From the IMG/VR virus record IMGVR_UViG_3300037245_001762, positions 1-52,067 of that record: 52,067 nucleotides of DNA. One strand, 5' to 3'. The translations under genes were made by a program, and so were the position numbers. The DNA comes from a virus. Its lineage: Duplodnaviria; Caudoviricetes. The notes under the pieces were generated by a model. The model was not told where the DNA came from, did no database searches, and saw nothing but the letters and a program-made list of their open reading frames with translations. Of this stretch, positions 20,110 to 29,303 are shown piece by piece. The stretch's first letter is position 1. Each line of letters opens with the position of its first letter.

Positions 20110-20193
20110 ATGAGTCCACAAGATGAGCAAATCACTGATGAACTTATTGAGAAATACTCTAAACTTTTAGATGATCTCGCTACTGACGATTAA
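20110..20193 (+). CDS. 27-aa acidic peptide
   Basis: Manual: MSPQDEQITDELIEKYSKLLDDLATDD, with TTTATATA box upstream. Confidence 0.3.
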   Translation: MSPQDEQITDELIEKYSKLLDDLATDD

Positions 20194-20501
20194 TTTAAAT
20201 GCCATACCATTATAGATTTCCTAGATTGTTTTGACACTAGTGATACTTTTATCTTGCCTTCCATGTCTAAAGCATATTGAATTAATTTAGTGAACTCATC
20301 TGTTGATATTACTGGACACTTGATTCTACTATACTTTAATTGTTCTTCATGTACAATACCTTTCTGGTCTACATACCATAAATCGCATATACCTCTAGAG
20401 GCATAATTACGATCACCACGTATGGCTATTTTCTTGTCTAAAAGATCTCTAATTCTTCTTCTCTCAAAGCCTGCACCTGCCAAATAATTTTTATTTGCCA
20501 T
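20190..20501 (-). CDS. hjc: Archaeal-type Holliday junction resolvase
   Basis: Y..GAGFER, R..ASRG..DL, EQLK PD-(D/E)xK motifs. Confidence 0.7.
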   Translation of the reverse strand: MANKNYLAGAGFERRRIRDLLDKKIAIRGDRNYASRGICDLWYVDQKGIVHEEQLKYSRIKCPVISTDEFTKLIQYALDMEGKIKVSLVSKQSRKSIMVWHLN

Positions 20502-20964
20502 TACATTCTTTACATTTGTTTGTTTCGGTCACCACCTCATCACATATAGAACATGGCTTATATCCAATATAGTTTAGTTGGTTGGTGACCTCTAGGAGTC
20601 TTATTTCCTGTGATCGTGGTTCTTGTTTTTTCCGTTGTAACTTGTTAATACTAATTTTTAGTTCCACGTATTCTTGTTCAAGTGTCAACATGGATTCTAT
20701 CACCTTATTACAACCCACACACATACTCTCCTCAAACTTATATTCAGTCTTACACCTGTTACATACACGTACTGGAATACTATAGTGGTTTTTATTACAT
20801 TTCTTATGTATTATGTCGTTCCATGTGATCTGATGTTTTCCGTGTGATTTTTCACCTTTAAGTGCTATACCATATATTTCTGTTTTATCTCCACATGTGT
20901 CACACGACCAATCAACCTTTAGATGGTAGTTTTGCCTTGCAACAATTTCCTCTAATTGAATCAT
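20491..20964 (-). CDS. Cys-rich multi Zn-finger protein
   Basis: Five CxxC motifs plus a coiled coil. Confidence 0.55.
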   Translation of the reverse strand: MIQLEEIVARQNYHLKVDWSCDTCGDKTEIYGIALKGEKSHGKHQITWNDIIHKKCNKNHYSIPVRVCNRCKTEYKFEESMCVGCNKVIESMLTLEQEYVELKISINKLQRKKQEPRSQEIRLLEVTNQLNYIGYKPCSICDEVVTETNKCKECNGK

Positions 20965-21041
20965 ATATAAATCTTACTAATAGGTGGTTTATAAATGTTA
21001 CTATTATATAAGATTTTATAAAAAAGGATTAAATATAGAAA

Positions 21042-21422
21042 TTATCTATTATCTCTACATTTTAAACATTTTTCTTGATCTGTGTTGAGTAAACACTCTA
21101 CATCACACTGTTCACAGTTCTTTGTGCACATATACAAGTCCTCACCACCCACACGATATTCCTTAAAGTGGATAAATTGCCCATCTCTTTGGAACTCACA
21201 AAATCCTAACTCTGTAAGATATTCCGTAATGTATGATATATCATATTTTGTGGATCTTTCTAGCATGGATTGTGGATATTCGGGTGATTGTGATGCACGT
21301 TCTATCTGTTGTGCTGTTTTTGTCACTGTACTCACTCTCCATAAATCTAGTTTTTTGTCATCGTTTATGTAACTAACATATATTACATCATCATGTATCT
21401 TAGCCATTAATTTCACCACCAC
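21042..21422 (-). CDS. Hypothetical protein with Cys-rich C-terminus
   Basis: ORF track. Confidence 0.45.
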   Translation of the reverse strand: MVVKLMAKIHDDVIYVSYINDDKKLDLWRVSTVTKTAQQIERASQSPEYPQSMLERSTKYDISYITEYLTELGFCEFQRDGQFIHFKEYRVGGEDLYMCTKNCEQCDVECLLNTDQEKCLKCRDNR

Positions 21423-21539
21423 TTATAGTAATCCCGGAAAGCATATTGGCTTCTTCTACCTCTAGATCCATTCTGTTTTCACAGTCACTATGTGCTTTGT
21501 TTATGTTACCCAAGTGACACCATGGACATATTTTCCTAT

Positions 21540-21710
21540 TCATAAATTATACACCTCAGATAAAAAATCTCTGGTTTCTTGTATAACTGTTCTCATACGT
21601 TGAGTCTGTTGTGGTGGTATCACCATACATGCTCTGGTAATGTCTGTTAACCGGAGTTGTATTTTTTTCAACTCTAAATCGGCTTCTTTTGTACTGATTT
21701 CTTTATTCAT
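21540..21710 (-). CDS. Hypothetical protein
   Basis: Likely start MNKEIST with a TATA-like box upstream. Confidence 0.4.
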   Translation of the reverse strand: MNKEISTKEADLELKKIQLRLTDITRACMVIPPQQTQRMRTVIQETRDFLSEVYNL

Positions 21711-21794
21711 GATATAGTGTAAAACGAAAGAGTATATATTCAATACGTAATGTTTATATATACAAATCCAAAGACTTTATATAACTACAATAAT

Positions 21795-21850
21795 TGTCCC
21801 TTGAGTCATTTTTACAGAGGGGACTCAATATCAGGAAACCTGACGGGATA
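21795..21850. ncRNA. Structured intergenic element (RNA or cruciform) downstream of MCM
   Basis: TGTCCC/GGGATA closing stem with TTGAGTC/GACTCAA and TCAGG-AAA-CCTGA hairpins. Confidence 0.35.
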
Positions 21851-21929
21851 TATAAGGTATAACACACTCCTTAATAAAGATTAATCCAGTGTTGACACAT
21901 ATCCTAAATAATACACCTCACATGTTTTG

Positions 21930-24350
21930 TTATAGTCGATAGGTGTCATCTGAATTCTTGGAAATTCTTCCACTATTGACACATTTTTGAAATACCATTT
22001 TGGCTTGATCTCTGTTAAAGTATAACCCATTTGCTATCTCAACCATAAAGTCTTCTTCTGTAAATGTCTCTTCATCTATACCTAATCTCTGTAAACAATC
22101 AGAGATAAAGTCCTCCTTGTTCATTTGCTTTTGTGTCTTAAATGTCTCCATCACATTTCCATCACTTGGGTCAATTCCAAAACTTTTTAATGACTCCTCA
22201 AATATATCACAAATGGCTTTTGCATCATTCTTGTCTGCTTTATCTCTCATGTGTATTCTTGCATGTGCCATTGTTAGTTTGGCTAAATCTTCTATCTTTC
22301 TAGGGTCTATAGGTATCTTATTTTGTTTTTTTGAAAAGCCTCTTATTCTCACATAGTATTCTGCTATGTGTTTTTTAGCCTCATCTGTAAGTTCTGGGAC
22401 ATATGTCATCTTTACATAATTTATAAATTTCTTAATCTTCTCAGCATCAACAGTTATCTCCGTGTTTACACTCATTTCTTTTAATATGTGTTTGGCAATG
22501 TCTGCATCTCTATACTCATCTACCTCATCACGTATAAGCCATATTATTGCAAACCTTGACAGTAACGGTTCAGTTAAATTAATTTGATCAAGTATTGGGA
22601 GATCTTTCCATCTACCTGACTTTGGGTTAGCCGCTGCTAGTATTGTCGTGTTTGTAGGTAATGTGCCATGCATGCCTACTTTATTAATAGGCACGAACCC
22701 CTCGGCCATTGCTGTCAATAATGCTTCTCTATCATGTGGATTCATCTTATCGATTTCATCTATTATAGCAGTTCCCTCATTCGCTATTGTTAGAGCACCT
22801 GGTAGGAAAACAAGTGGTGAGTTTGATGTGACTCTGTCCATACCTCCTGTAAGACCAGCTGCTGTATTACCTTTACCTGTTGTGAATATACATTTTTGTG
22901 TTATGTTCATTGTTTCTTTCATGATTGTGGATTTAGAAGTTCCTGGATCACCTAACAGAAACACTGCTATGTTGTTAATCTTTTTACTTGTTTCTGGTGC
23001 ACTCACTGATGATAGTAACACGGTTTTTTTAGCTTCGGTGTTCCCTAGTGTGGTATATGCCGACTTTGTTAGTTCTGTAAGAAAATCTTTCTCTTTGACA
23101 AGTTCTTTCCATTTCTCTATCTCGTCCTCTGTAGGTAAAAGTGTTTCCTCTTCATCTAAAGATATAATGCAAACTATATCTATAAACGGCTCGTTGTATT
23201 TTGTCTTTGCTTTTTTCTCCTGTCTGAACTGTCCCACTATAATCTTTTTTTGTCCTACAAATGCCTCACCTACAAAATCACCATATAATTTGGCTTTGAA
23301 AACATTGGGTTTACCGTGTCTTGATTCTGTTATGAACTCTGACAACCATAATATTTGTACATATTCAGATTCTAGAATTCTATACTCTCGCATTTTAGTG
23401 TCACACGTGTTACATAATACACTATCTAGTCTTCTATGTTCGTCACATGTTACTGTTTTTGAAGCTTGGCATTTGTCACACATAAAATCTGCCTTGGTTG
23501 TCACTGTCATTCTATCCTCCACAGCTATAACGTCACAATGAAAACTTATTATTTTGTCATAAAGGTTAGGCTCTATATCCTTGATATTGATGTTTGTGTC
23601 AGATATAAATTCTAACTTAGGTTCCAAGCCATATAATTTTAGAATGTCCATAATATATTTGGTAAAACTTCTTGTGTATGCCTGTATCATTACATGTATA
23701 TATTCATCATTCAGATCAAAGTAGAACGTGTTACTTAGTTGGTTATAGTTGTAATTGCACCTTACATATATAATCAGATAGTCATGCCATTCTTGAAATG
23801 ATCTAGGTAGTTTTTTTGGTTTTTCTGATTTCACAACACCACTCTCTTTTAATGCTAATTCAAACATCTTACTAAGTAATGGTATATCCATCGGGTGTTC
23901 ATATACTTTCTCACGTCTAAACAAATCTACCCATACCTGGTTTGTGTTTTTTCCTTCCTTTAGTAGTTTAACAGCATATATAAATGCGGAATCCTTTCTA
24001 ACTGAATCGTTACCATATTCAAAATCATCCACATTAAATCCTTGTGTCTTTAAATGATTTAATATACCTGACAATCTCACCTCTGTTATATTTTCATTAT
24101 TAGATACGTTAGACCATTCATGATCGTCCAGTGTCTCACCATCACCATGTATTATGATTTTTGTGCCGTCCTTTTTCTCCAACGTTCTGGATCTTGTCTC
24201 ATCAAACTCATATGGTTTTAGACACACATAAAACACACCGACCGAGTCTGTTAAGATTTTAGTTTTTGCTTTGACAGCCTCAACATCATCAAATATCACA
24301 CTAAGTTTTTCAACTTCAAAAACAACCACATCCTTACCACACTGTATCAT
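21930..24350 (-). CDS. mcm: MCM replicative helicase with N-terminal extension
   Basis: Zn finger CDKC..CNTC, Walker A GDPGTSKS, TAAGLTG, IDEIDKM, AAANP, LLSRF, PR..E sensor. Confidence 0.95.
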   Translation of the reverse strand: MIQCGKDVVVFEVEKLSVIFDDVEAVKAKTKILTDSVGVFYVCLKPYEFDETRSRTLEKKDGTKIIIHGDGETLDDHEWSNVSNNENITEVRLSGILNHLKTQGFNVDDFEYGNDSVRKDSAFIYAVKLLKEGKNTNQVWVDLFRREKVYEHPMDIPLLSKMFELALKESGVVKSEKPKKLPRSFQEWHDYLIIYVRCNYNYNQLSNTFYFDLNDEYIHVMIQAYTRSFTKYIMDILKLYGLEPKLEFISDTNINIKDIEPNLYDKIISFHCDVIAVEDRMTVTTKADFMCDKCQASKTVTCDEHRRLDSVLCNTCDTKMREYRILESEYVQILWLSEFITESRHGKPNVFKAKLYGDFVGEAFVGQKKIIVGQFRQEKKAKTKYNEPFIDIVCIISLDEEETLLPTEDEIEKWKELVKEKDFLTELTKSAYTTLGNTEAKKTVLLSSVSAPETSKKINNIAVFLLGDPGTSKSTIMKETMNITQKCIFTTGKGNTAAGLTGGMDRVTSNSPLVFLPGALTIANEGTAIIDEIDKMNPHDREALLTAMAEGFVPINKVGMHGTLPTNTTILAAANPKSGRWKDLPILDQINLTEPLLSRFAIIWLIRDEVDEYRDADIAKHILKEMSVNTEITVDAEKIKKFINYVKMTYVPELTDEAKKHIAEYYVRIRGFSKKQNKIPIDPRKIEDLAKLTMAHARIHMRDKADKNDAKAICDIFEESLKSFGIDPSDGNVMETFKTQKQMNKEDFISDCLQRLGIDEETFTEEDFMVEIANGLYFNRDQAKMVFQKCVNSGRISKNSDDTYRL

Positions 24351-24661
24351 ATTGTTTGTTCCTTTTTATATAACAAATCATTTAATTTATTAAAAAAAGC
24401 AAGTGATTTCTTGAGTGTTTTTTTGTCAGTTATATATTTGTCCCAACACCTTATATTAAAAACATCATCTGGGTCTGCTTTATCTATATCCATAAACTCT
24501 GTAATTTGCCCAGCCTTTGTGTGACTTTTGGATTTTTGATATTTTATGGCAGCATCCCATAAGAATTTCTGCATGGTAATATGGGATCTTAAAGCGGTGA
24601 TCTTTATTTCATCATATTGTTCTTGATTATATATAGTAAATGTAGTGTGTACCATAAACAT
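24347..24661 (-). CDS. Ribbon-helix-helix-like DNA-binding protein
   Basis: TTFTIY strand followed by two helices (YDEIKITA, TMQKFLWDAA); coupled to mcm. Confidence 0.45.
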   Translation of the reverse strand: MFMVHTTFTIYNQEQYDEIKITALRSHITMQKFLWDAAIKYQKSKSHTKAGQITEFMDIDKADPDDVFNIRCWDKYITDKKTLKKSLAFFNKLNDLLYKKEQTI

Positions 24662-24782
24662 CTATTATTACTAGTTATAATATATACCTTACTAGATATC
24701 TAATTTACTTACGTATGTACTTACTTAGGGTTTACTCCCTTACTTGGCTTTCTACGTTGCCATTCTGTTGATTTTGACATTT

Positions 24783-25175
24783 TTATTTCCATAGATCTTC
24801 ACGGTCTTCAAAGGACACGTCAATAACATCATAACCATTACCTTCAAATACAAGCTTTTGGTCAAAATCCTTTATTCTGGCTCTCTTTGTCTCATGTATT
24901 AACCCATTAACTCTAATGATTAATCTTAAGGGCTTTATCATAATGTCTGGTTTTGGTGCTGGTTTGGTTGGATAGATTATTTCTGTACCTTCCATGACTG
25001 GTTGTAAGTTGTTTAGTCTTTTTTGTAGTATCATGATTTCACTTATCTCTTTCTGTGTCATGTCATCAGGAAAACAGTTTTCTATTAGTTCATTAACTAG
25101 TTTCTTTTCTGACTTCGTGAATTCTATGTTACCGTTTCTCCGCATTTTATAGAGGATCCACGATCTGTCATTCAT
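24783..25175 (-). CDS. DUF559/Vsr-like endonuclease
   Basis: KPDI, IIRVNGLIH, D..Q...GYDVIDV. Confidence 0.65.
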   Translation of the reverse strand: MNDRSWILYKMRRNGNIEFTKSEKKLVNELIENCFPDDMTQKEISEIMILQKRLNNLQPVMEGTEIIYPTKPAPKPDIMIKPLRLIIRVNGLIHETKRARIKDFDQKLVFEGNGYDVIDVSFEDREDLWK

Positions 25176-25180
25176 GGCAC

Positions 25181-25390
25181 TTATTCAAAACACTTTTCTA
25201 GGATTTCCAATACTTTACTTTTGGTGTATACCGTGTCTTCCATACCTGCAGACTTTATATCTTTTAACACATCTATTAAATTATCACTAATCTTGAGTGG
25301 CTCTACAAATGCCATCTTATAGTCATTTGGTATATTTGACATTCTTAATACACCTTTCAGATATTCTACACTGTAATGTGTTTTACCCAA
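25181..25390 (-). CDS. Hypothetical protein
   Basis: ORF track; overlaps the radA stop. Confidence 0.4.
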   Translation of the reverse strand: MGKTHYSVEYLKGVLRMSNIPNDYKMAFVEPLKISDNLIDVLKDIKSAGMEDTVYTKSKVLEILEKCFE

Positions 25391-26660
25391 TAGTTATCTC
25401 CTCATCATCTGATAGTAAACTCTTATCTATAAGCCCTTCCTCACTAGGTAAATCTAGTTCAACTGTTGGACCCTCATTGGCCTTATAGTCTTTTGGTGAC
25501 ACTTCTTTTTTAAAGGCTTTAACCTCCTTCTCAAGTATATTATAGTTTATGTTATATGATATAATTTTACTGTCACTGTTGATCTTTTCTACCAGTTTTA
25601 TCTCTGACATATCTAAGTTGTTTGAGACTAGGGTTTTTGCAATTATATTACAAAGTATTTTTTTTGCCTTCCTTAGTTCTTCTGGAATGTCCTCCACACC
25701 TCTATTTGACAGTTTGAATGGCATGGTTAACTTTGCAAAATGTGGTGAGTCTACCATCTTAGCTCTCCATTTAGTATCAGAATCATTCATTACATACATT
25801 CTATGTGTTGGTTCATGTCCTACAATGTTTCCACCTATTGGTTTTGTAGGGTCACCGAAAAATTGTCCTGGATCATGTTGTACTTGGTTGGTCATCATAA
25901 CCCAACACTTAAAGTATAATGGCATTGCACCCAATTTACTCATTAGTGGTTTAAGATAATTCTGTCTGTCTGATAGTTCACCTCTGCCTAGAAATTCCTT
26001 TCTTATTTGTCCTATAGCACCATCAATCACTACAAGTTTAACCTCACCTTTAATCATTTCTTCGGTTATATTATTAATAATGTTAAACGTCTCTGTGGAG
26101 TTTGTGGCTGTTCTTATTATTAATCTGTCCAAGAAATTTATCATGTCATCTTCCTCATCACTGAGATATCCTCTTGCACGTGCTATTTCTAATAGTCTTT
26201 CCACGTCAAAGGTATCCTCACAGTCTATTACAAATGCTTTATCACCATTATTAAGAACCTCCACTATACATGACATTAAATACTGAGTTTTACCAGAACC
26301 AAATGCACCATATACTTCGGTAAGGCTTTCCTGTTTGGGTCCCTTACCACCAAATAATATATCTATTGCTTCACTACCTGAGGAGAGTGTAGGTAAATCC
26401 CTCTTATACTTGTAGATCTCCAGTGCTGACATTACACGTGGGCGTATTACGTTTGCCTTTTCTAGAGCATCTCTTGAGTCGTTCCATAGTCGTGTTGCCT
26501 TATCCATGTCTAGACCTGTAATTCTTTTAATTTCTTCAGCACTAGACATACAGATATCATGTAAATACCGTAAACCAGATTCTTCCATCCTTTTCATTTT
26601 GGTTGGTCCTACACCATCAATACTGTCAAGTTTAAAATCAACCCGTTCCTTTTTTACCAC
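25383..26660 (-). CDS. radA: RadA recombinase with C-terminal extension
   Basis: HhH IDGVGP, Walker A GAFGSGKTQ, EFLGRGELSDRQ, TNQV, PIGGNIVGH, VDSP. Confidence 0.93.
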   Translation of the reverse strand: MVKKERVDFKLDSIDGVGPTKMKRMEESGLRYLHDICMSSAEEIKRITGLDMDKATRLWNDSRDALEKANVIRPRVMSALEIYKYKRDLPTLSSGSEAIDILFGGKGPKQESLTEVYGAFGSGKTQYLMSCIVEVLNNGDKAFVIDCEDTFDVERLLEIARARGYLSDEEDDMINFLDRLIIRTATNSTETFNIINNITEEMIKGEVKLVVIDGAIGQIRKEFLGRGELSDRQNYLKPLMSKLGAMPLYFKCWVMMTNQVQHDPGQFFGDPTKPIGGNIVGHEPTHRMYVMNDSDTKWRAKMVDSPHFAKLTMPFKLSNRGVEDIPEELRKAKKILCNIIAKTLVSNNLDMSEIKLVEKINSDSKIISYNINYNILEKEVKAFKKEVSPKDYKANEGPTVELDLPSEEGLIDKSLLSDDEEITIG

Positions 26661-26716
26661 AATATATTTAATTCAAAAAAACACTATATAAATCTATACA
26701 TAAAGTCATCATTATT

Positions 26717-26793
26717 CTCAAATTATTTCATAGATAGAAAACAGGTCTGCACAGTTGCGGGGGGTTGTTTTCCTGAAATCACACAATTATGAG
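26717..26793 (-). ncRNA. Long imperfect hairpin, candidate small RNA
   Basis: Nested pairs CTCA/TGAG, AATT/AATT, ATTTCA/TGAAAT, GAAAACA/TGTTTTC; TTTATATA box ~25 nt upstream on the minus strand; no ORF. Confidence 0.35.
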
Positions 26794-27001
26794 ATCACCC
26801 TATAATGGTGTTACTGTATATATAAAGTTATTGTTAGTTAGGTTCTGTGTAAAAAACTGTCAACCATGACGTTATCTCCTTCCTGAGTTATAATATTTAA
26901 TATGGTTTTTAGATCATCTTGTGTTATATCTTTGTTTGAATCGATTAAAAAATCAATATAAATTTTTATTGCATTTATTTTAGGTATCTCTTTAGGAAAA
27001 T

Positions 27002-27304
27002 TCATTTATTATCCACCATCTGTCTCCAGTTATTTAGAAGCATGCCTATCACTGCTGGTTCTATGATGTCAACCTCTATACATTTAGTTAAACATGTGAC
27101 ATACATACCTATAACCTTATCCAGTTTCTTTAATTCTTCATCTGTAGGTTCATAGTTAACCTTCCCTGCCAATGCTTTGGCTTGTTGTATTGTTTTCAGT
27201 TTGGTTATCTCCTTTGAGGCATCTGCCTTACTAAATGGTGGTTTACCTTTAAACCCTAAATCATGTAAAAACTTTAATTGTGCATCACTTGCTATTTCTG
27301 TCAT
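27002..27304 (-). CDS. Hypothetical protein with ASDAQLKFL...SKADASKEI module
   Basis: Module common in phage recombination-associated proteins. Confidence 0.5.
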   Translation of the reverse strand: MTEIASDAQLKFLHDLGFKGKPPFSKADASKEITKLKTIQQAKALAGKVNYEPTDEELKKLDKVIGMYVTCLTKCIEVDIIEPAVIGMLLNNWRQMVDNK

Positions 27305-27537
27305 TTTTTCTCCTCTAACACTTCTTCAAAAGCATTATCTAGTTTCCATTCTTTCTCTTGCATGCTTAAGTTGAGTAACTTATTATATTTTTCTGCTTTC
27401 TGGGAAATATTTGTTAACCAATCAGGTTCGAAAAATTCTTTTTGTGTAGGTTTACTCTGATCTCCATAAATAATTCGTAACATTTTTCCTCCATCTGTTC
27501 TAGTAAACCTTTCAATATACCCAAATTTTGTATTCAT
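27301..27537 (-). CDS. Hypothetical protein
   Basis: ORF track. Confidence 0.45.
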   Translation of the reverse strand: MNTKFGYIERFTRTDGGKMLRIIYGDQSKPTQKEFFEPDWLTNISQKAEKYNKLLNLSMQEKEWKLDNAFEEVLEEKK

Positions 27538-27579
27538 AGTGTTTCTCTATTACTTCCTTTCCCTATAATAAGGTTTCTT

Positions 27580-27795
27580 TTAATAGAAATCTACTCCCAT
27601 CACTTCCCACCCATTACACCAATAACAGACTCTTATGTGTTTTCCAGTAAATATATGATGTGACCCACAAGTATATGTGCCACATCTAACACAAGTAAAT
27701 AAATTAACATGATTTTTACAATCAGGAACACTACAAATTCCACTATATGTTCTATATTCTTGTTTTGGGTAAGACATTATTTCATAATCACTCAT
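27580..27795 (-). CDS. Zn-finger protein (AN1-like)
   Basis: CSVPDC...FTCVRCGTYTCGSHH...CYWC. Confidence 0.55.
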   Translation of the reverse strand: MSDYEIMSYPKQEYRTYSGICSVPDCKNHVNLFTCVRCGTYTCGSHHIFTGKHIRVCYWCNGWEVMGVDFY

Positions 27796-27835
27796 AACTT
27801 TTCGCGAATGTGTTATAATATAAATGAATCGTTTT

Positions 27836-27952
27836 TAGGACCTTGGTGATTCAACCCAAGTTATAAAACCATCTATCTAGCAGGCACATCCCGTTTTATC
27901 TTGGTATTTTTCCAAGGGATTTTTTATACTGACGAAGCTTCCACACGCCCTA
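27836..27952 (-). ncRNA. tRNA-like structured RNA candidate
   Basis: UAGGGC/GUCCUA closing stem, UAUAAAA/UUUUAUA helix, CUUGG-GUUGAAUCA-CCAAG T-arm-like hairpin, TATA-like box upstream. Confidence 0.4.
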
Positions 27953-28004
27953 TTATAACATATAATAGGTTAAATATATGTGTTTATAGGGCCGTAATTC
28001 ATCA

Positions 28005-28319
28005 TTACACTGTTATATCTTCAATATTTTTACATGTCATAACTTCTAAAAACCGTTTAATGTTTTCTTGGTCATATTTAGGTGGATTCACTATTCCTCT
28101 AGTGAGACTGGTATCTCCGGTTTTAGCGATTTCTATTAATGTTTCTACTATTAATTTGCTCATGTTATATTGTTCAGTATTAAATGTTCTACTGGCATAT
28201 TTCTTGTGAGTAGGATATTTTTTTAGATGTTCTTCTGCCCAATTTTCTTTATGAATACCTATAACTACCTGACAGTCTTCACAATATACTAGATCATTTA
28301 ATGTGTCATTATTAACCAT
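28005..28319 (-). CDS. Hypothetical Zn-binding protein
   Basis: CEDC...EEHLKKYPTH; likely start MVNND downstream of the (TA)n tract. Confidence 0.45.
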   Translation of the reverse strand: MVNNDTLNDLVYCEDCQVVIGIHKENWAEEHLKKYPTHKKYASRTFNTEQYNMSKLIVETLIEIAKTGDTSLTRGIVNPPKYDQENIKRFLEVMTCKNIEDITV

Positions 28320-28363
28320 TATTATACTTGAGTGAAGCAATATATATATATATATATCTTTCG

Positions 28364-29107
28364 TTATGTTTGGTTTTGTTGTTTATATAATTCTATGGTC
28401 TCTTTTAATTTTTCAATATGATCATCTATGTTAATTTTAAACACCTTACTTTGTCCATCGGCTGACGACATTATAATTATTCCTAATTTAATATTTGTTT
28501 TTTGTAACTCATTCCACATTAATGCATATGCGGTTAACTGTAATGTGTAACTTGAAATATCGTCTTTCATTTTAGAACTCGTTTTAAAGTCAATCACCGC
28601 ATACTCACCTTTATAGTCAGCTATGCAGTCCACTCTTCCGGCTATTCCAAGTTTCTCACTGTATAGGTTTGCTTCTAAAACCCTTATTCTGTCAATTTTA
28701 TCTACCTCAGTTTGTATATTCCTAAAGTGTGACATGGGGTATAGTTCTGCAAATGGATCGAGTTTTTTATTATTAAGATAATCTTCTATGAGTTTGTGGG
28801 CTTTTGTGCCTATACTTGCTGATCTTCCAGATATTACACCAGATGTTTTTGTTCCAGAGTGTTTTACTATACTATTATATATACTATCATCTATGTTTAT
28901 TTCCTTTTTTACCTTTGTAGCAACTTCACCACCCAATCTGTCTTTCCAGTCCTTTAACCATCCTTGATCAAGTATGGATAAAACAGTTGTGACAGATGGA
29001 AACACCTGACCTTTATGGTTTTCCCAGTGACGTTTGCCTTTTATTCTACGTTCTTTAAGAAGTTTTAGGCGTTTCGTTGTTACTTTCAGGAATCTTTTTT
29101 GGCTCAT
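28364..29107 (-). CDS. PD-(D/E)xK exonuclease (Cas4-like/lambda exonuclease superfamily)
   Basis: FPSVTTVL, GTKAH, E..L, AGRVD, IDFKTS, LQLTAY. Confidence 0.85.
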   Translation of the reverse strand: MSQKRFLKVTTKRLKLLKERRIKGKRHWENHKGQVFPSVTTVLSILDQGWLKDWKDRLGGEVATKVKKEINIDDSIYNSIVKHSGTKTSGVISGRSASIGTKAHKLIEDYLNNKKLDPFAELYPMSHFRNIQTEVDKIDRIRVLEANLYSEKLGIAGRVDCIADYKGEYAVIDFKTSSKMKDDISSYTLQLTAYALMWNELQKTNIKLGIIIMSSADGQSKVFKINIDDHIEKLKETIELYKQQNQT

Positions 29108-29270
29108 ATTTTTTCTTTAATTCATCACGTTCTTTTATTAGGGTTTTTATAGTGTCCTCACGTTGTATAATTTCAGCAAGTAATGATTTAAATAAACTTG
29201 CTACTTCACCTGTGTAATTTGTGGTTAATGCAAATATTTTATTTATTTCTTGTTCTAATGTTCTTGGCAT
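29055..29270 (-). CDS. Coiled-coil hypothetical protein
   Basis: ORF track. Confidence 0.45.
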   Translation of the reverse strand: MPRTLEQEINKIFALTTNYTGEVASLFKSLLAEIIQREDTIKTLIKERDELKKKYEPKKIPESNNETPKTS

Positions 29271-29303
29271 ATTATTGTTAGTTACATATACTATATATAA
29301 ATG

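Noticed and set aside
22648-23541. 297-aa + strand ORF and similar long antisense ORFs (1804-2436, 39959-40516, 44270-44974)
   Set aside because: Antisense shadows of well-supported minus-strand genes
25383-26660. Inteins in RadA (and in MCM or TerL)
   Set aside because: Motif spacing is normal, with no C...HN splice junctions
27929-27936. CTGACGA hammerhead core on the + strand
   Set aside because: No correctly placed GAAA or stem II/III
28340-28357. (TA)n tract as a phase-variable switch
   Set aside because: Short and explained as an expanded TATA box; no evidence of variation
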